From positions 78,286,860-78,350,859 of the forward strand of contig NC_068983.1 of NCBI RefSeq assembly GCF_001194135.2: a stretch of DNA of 64,000 bases, written 5' to 3'. The stretch comes from Octopus bimaculoides (lineage: Eukaryota). Under the pieces are notes generated by a model. It saw nothing but the letters and a program-made list of their open reading frames with translations. It did not search any database and was not told where the DNA came from. The translations under genes were made by a program, and so were the position numbers. Positions 61,794 to 64,000 of this stretch are shown piece by piece. The first letter of the stretch is position 1. The number at the start of each line of letters is the position of its first letter.

Positions 61794-62013
61794 TCCTTTA
61801 GCATTAACACTGGCCATATCTGGCCAAAATAATCAACATGTTTTATCTTTAATCTGGCAAGATGTGGCCACTCACACTTACCCTAGAAGATTATTCTAAA
61901 AATATACAATCACATAATTGAAATCTCAAAGTTATAAGGTAATGCATGACTAATTCAAATAAACCTAAATAAATAAGCTTTACATTTGACACAAAAATTT
62001 GAATACGAAGGAG
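61794..62013. mobile_element. piggyBac-type MITE (second family)
   Basis: TTAA|tcctttagcatt ... aatacgaaggag|TTAA. Confidence 0.75.
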
Positions 62014-62410
62014 TTAAAATGTTCTTCATATTTTATTGCTCACATAGTTCATTGCTATGAAACTTATTCAAATTTCTAACACGTATTATTATAGCTATGA
62101 AATTTATTAAAACATTTGAATTTCCATAAATATTCAATTCCTGTGATATTTACTTAAAACTTGTATTTCATTACATACTTTGCTGTGAGACCTATTGCTC
62201 ATCTGACTTTGAGCATGTTTTATCATTATAGAACTTTATGTTGTGCATTGTCTGTCTTCTAAATTTTCATCCAACTATTTCATTTCAATAATTACCTTAG
62301 AATAACAAAAACATATTAAAATCGGTATTGTATTTTAATAAGTTTGAAATGTTTAAAAATCTAAAGTTTGTTTTAAATCCCTGGTGCATTTTTAATCCCA
62401 AAACCAATTT

Positions 62411-62450
<40 letters not shown>

Positions 62451-62625
62451 GCATAAAATGAATATACAAAGTATAGGGGTTTAGTTCACAGGTGATGTAA
62501 CCAATTAGGTATTCTAGGTAAGTGCTGTAACAGATTACTGGGACTCCAAGGTTACAGTCGGGATGGTAGTTATGGACCCATTGCAGATTTCCAATGCAGC
62601 GGATTTATAATTGCAAAACAGGACT

Positions 62626-62686
<61 letters not shown>

Positions 62687-62842
62687 CCAAACATTAACAA
62701 GCAAGAAAAAAACAACAAAGCGAGGATGTGGAATAAGTACAGTGTTAATGGATGCTAAGGAAAGGAAAGAAAAGAAAGAGGATTTCACAAAGAAAATTGC
62801 CAATGATACACACGTGGTCACATATTGAAATTCCTTAACTCT

Positions 62843-62873
<31 letters not shown>

Positions 62874-63269
62874 TAAATATATACTTTTATAAAACAAATT
62901 TTACAAAATATATAGTATCTGTTAACAGTCTTAGCAAAAAGCTCACAGGTGAGTTTTTGTATATATATATGTATACATGTCTCTTAAAGGATAGAGCTCA
63001 AAATCAATGCATTGAAGATACTTTATTGCAGCAACAATTATAATAACAGAAACAACCACAATAAGCCAAACCTACTCTTCCCATACTCTTTTCCAAGGGT
63101 CACCTAGTTAATAAAATAACGTTTAAAGCTTACAGATGTCTACATATGTATAGGCATACGTATGCATTTTATAAATAGGAATTACCGGAATGTGTATAGG
63201 CACAAGTTCGAAATTAAGGAAGAGGTATATTCATCTCTATATATCTTACTGGAATTAGGTCTGGGGCGC

Positions 63270-63770
63270 AAATATATGAGTGTATATGTATATGGGTGTA
63301 GGTATACATGTGGAGACACGCGAGAGTGTATGTGTGTATATATGTATATATGTGCGAATGGAGACATATGTGTACGTGTGTACATGTAAACATGTAAACA
63401 TATATAAGCTTGTATGTGTGTATGTGCATATGTATCGATGTATATATGGAGGTATAGCTATATGTATGTATGTACATATGTACATATGTGTGTATGTGAG
63501 TATGTATGCGTATATATGTAAATGTGTGTGTGTATCTGTGCGCGTTTATGTGGGTTTATGTGTATGTGTATGTGTGTATATGCATGCATATGTGAGTGTA
63601 TATATGTGTTTGTGTGTATATGTGTTTGTGTGTATATAGTTATACATAAAAAATACATATAGATATATATTGATGTGTGTATCTAAGTATAGGTATATGT
63701 GTGGATGTGTGTGTGAGTCTAGGTGTGTGTATGTGGGTGGTGGTGTGCGGTGCGTGTGCGTGGGTGGGTA
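63270..63770. repeat. Degenerate (TG)/(TA) low-complexity tract
   Basis: Direct reading. Confidence 0.9.
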
Positions 63771-63796
63771 CTATTAATTAATATATTAATATATTA

Positions 63797-64000
63797 TCGT
63801 TATAGGAAGATCCGATAGGAAATCTTGATGTACATGGGGGATGAATTTTTGGCAAGGGATTTTTACGCTGTAAACCGGGCGGTGTACGTCACTGGATTTT
63901 GGTTGACTGGTTTGTTTACATTCTGTAAGAAAATGACGATGGTAGGTTGCGTGCCGTCGATTATTCTTTCACCCTCTTGGATGATGTGTGTTTTGCTAAT
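63797..64000. other. CpG-rich segment cut by the window edge (promoter/exon or young element)
   Basis: Many CpGs in ~200 bp; GGGCGG at 63877-63882 and TACGTCA at 63885-63891. Confidence 0.35.

Noticed and set aside
62493-62518. Segment ending in CTAG|gtaagt
   Set aside because: Stops in every frame and no pyrimidine tract; may be an old LINE RT remnant on the minus strand.

Overview
AT-rich, microsatellite-dense animal genomic DNA with three N gaps (a short-read-type scaffold). The repeat families look like those of an Octopus-like coleoid cephalopod; that is my inference and could not be checked here. Most of the window is decayed mobile DNA. Retroelements: CR1-type, Tx1/L1-type, RTE, R4/Dong and Penelope-like fragments, plus several tRNA-derived SINEs. 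DNA transposons: mariner, maT/Tc1, hAT, and TTAA- or TA-flanked MITEs. No intact transposase or reverse transcriptase ORF is present. I found no rRNA, tRNA gene or CRISPR array, and no host gene I can name. Almost all ORFs in the supplied track are microsatellite translations or transposon debris. A few short segments with good splice signals could be exons of a long-intron gene, but none is confirmed. The most notable structures are a ~100-bp-arm foldback with no identifiable target duplication, close inverted repeat pairs (possible ADAR substrates), two pile-ups of R4/Dong elements in (TAA)n tracts, nested insertions, a 12-bp coding-like minisatellite between splice signals, candidate micro-exons and recursive splice sites, and a CpG-rich island at the right edge. 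I see no convincing new biological system. Coordinates of decayed elements are approximate.
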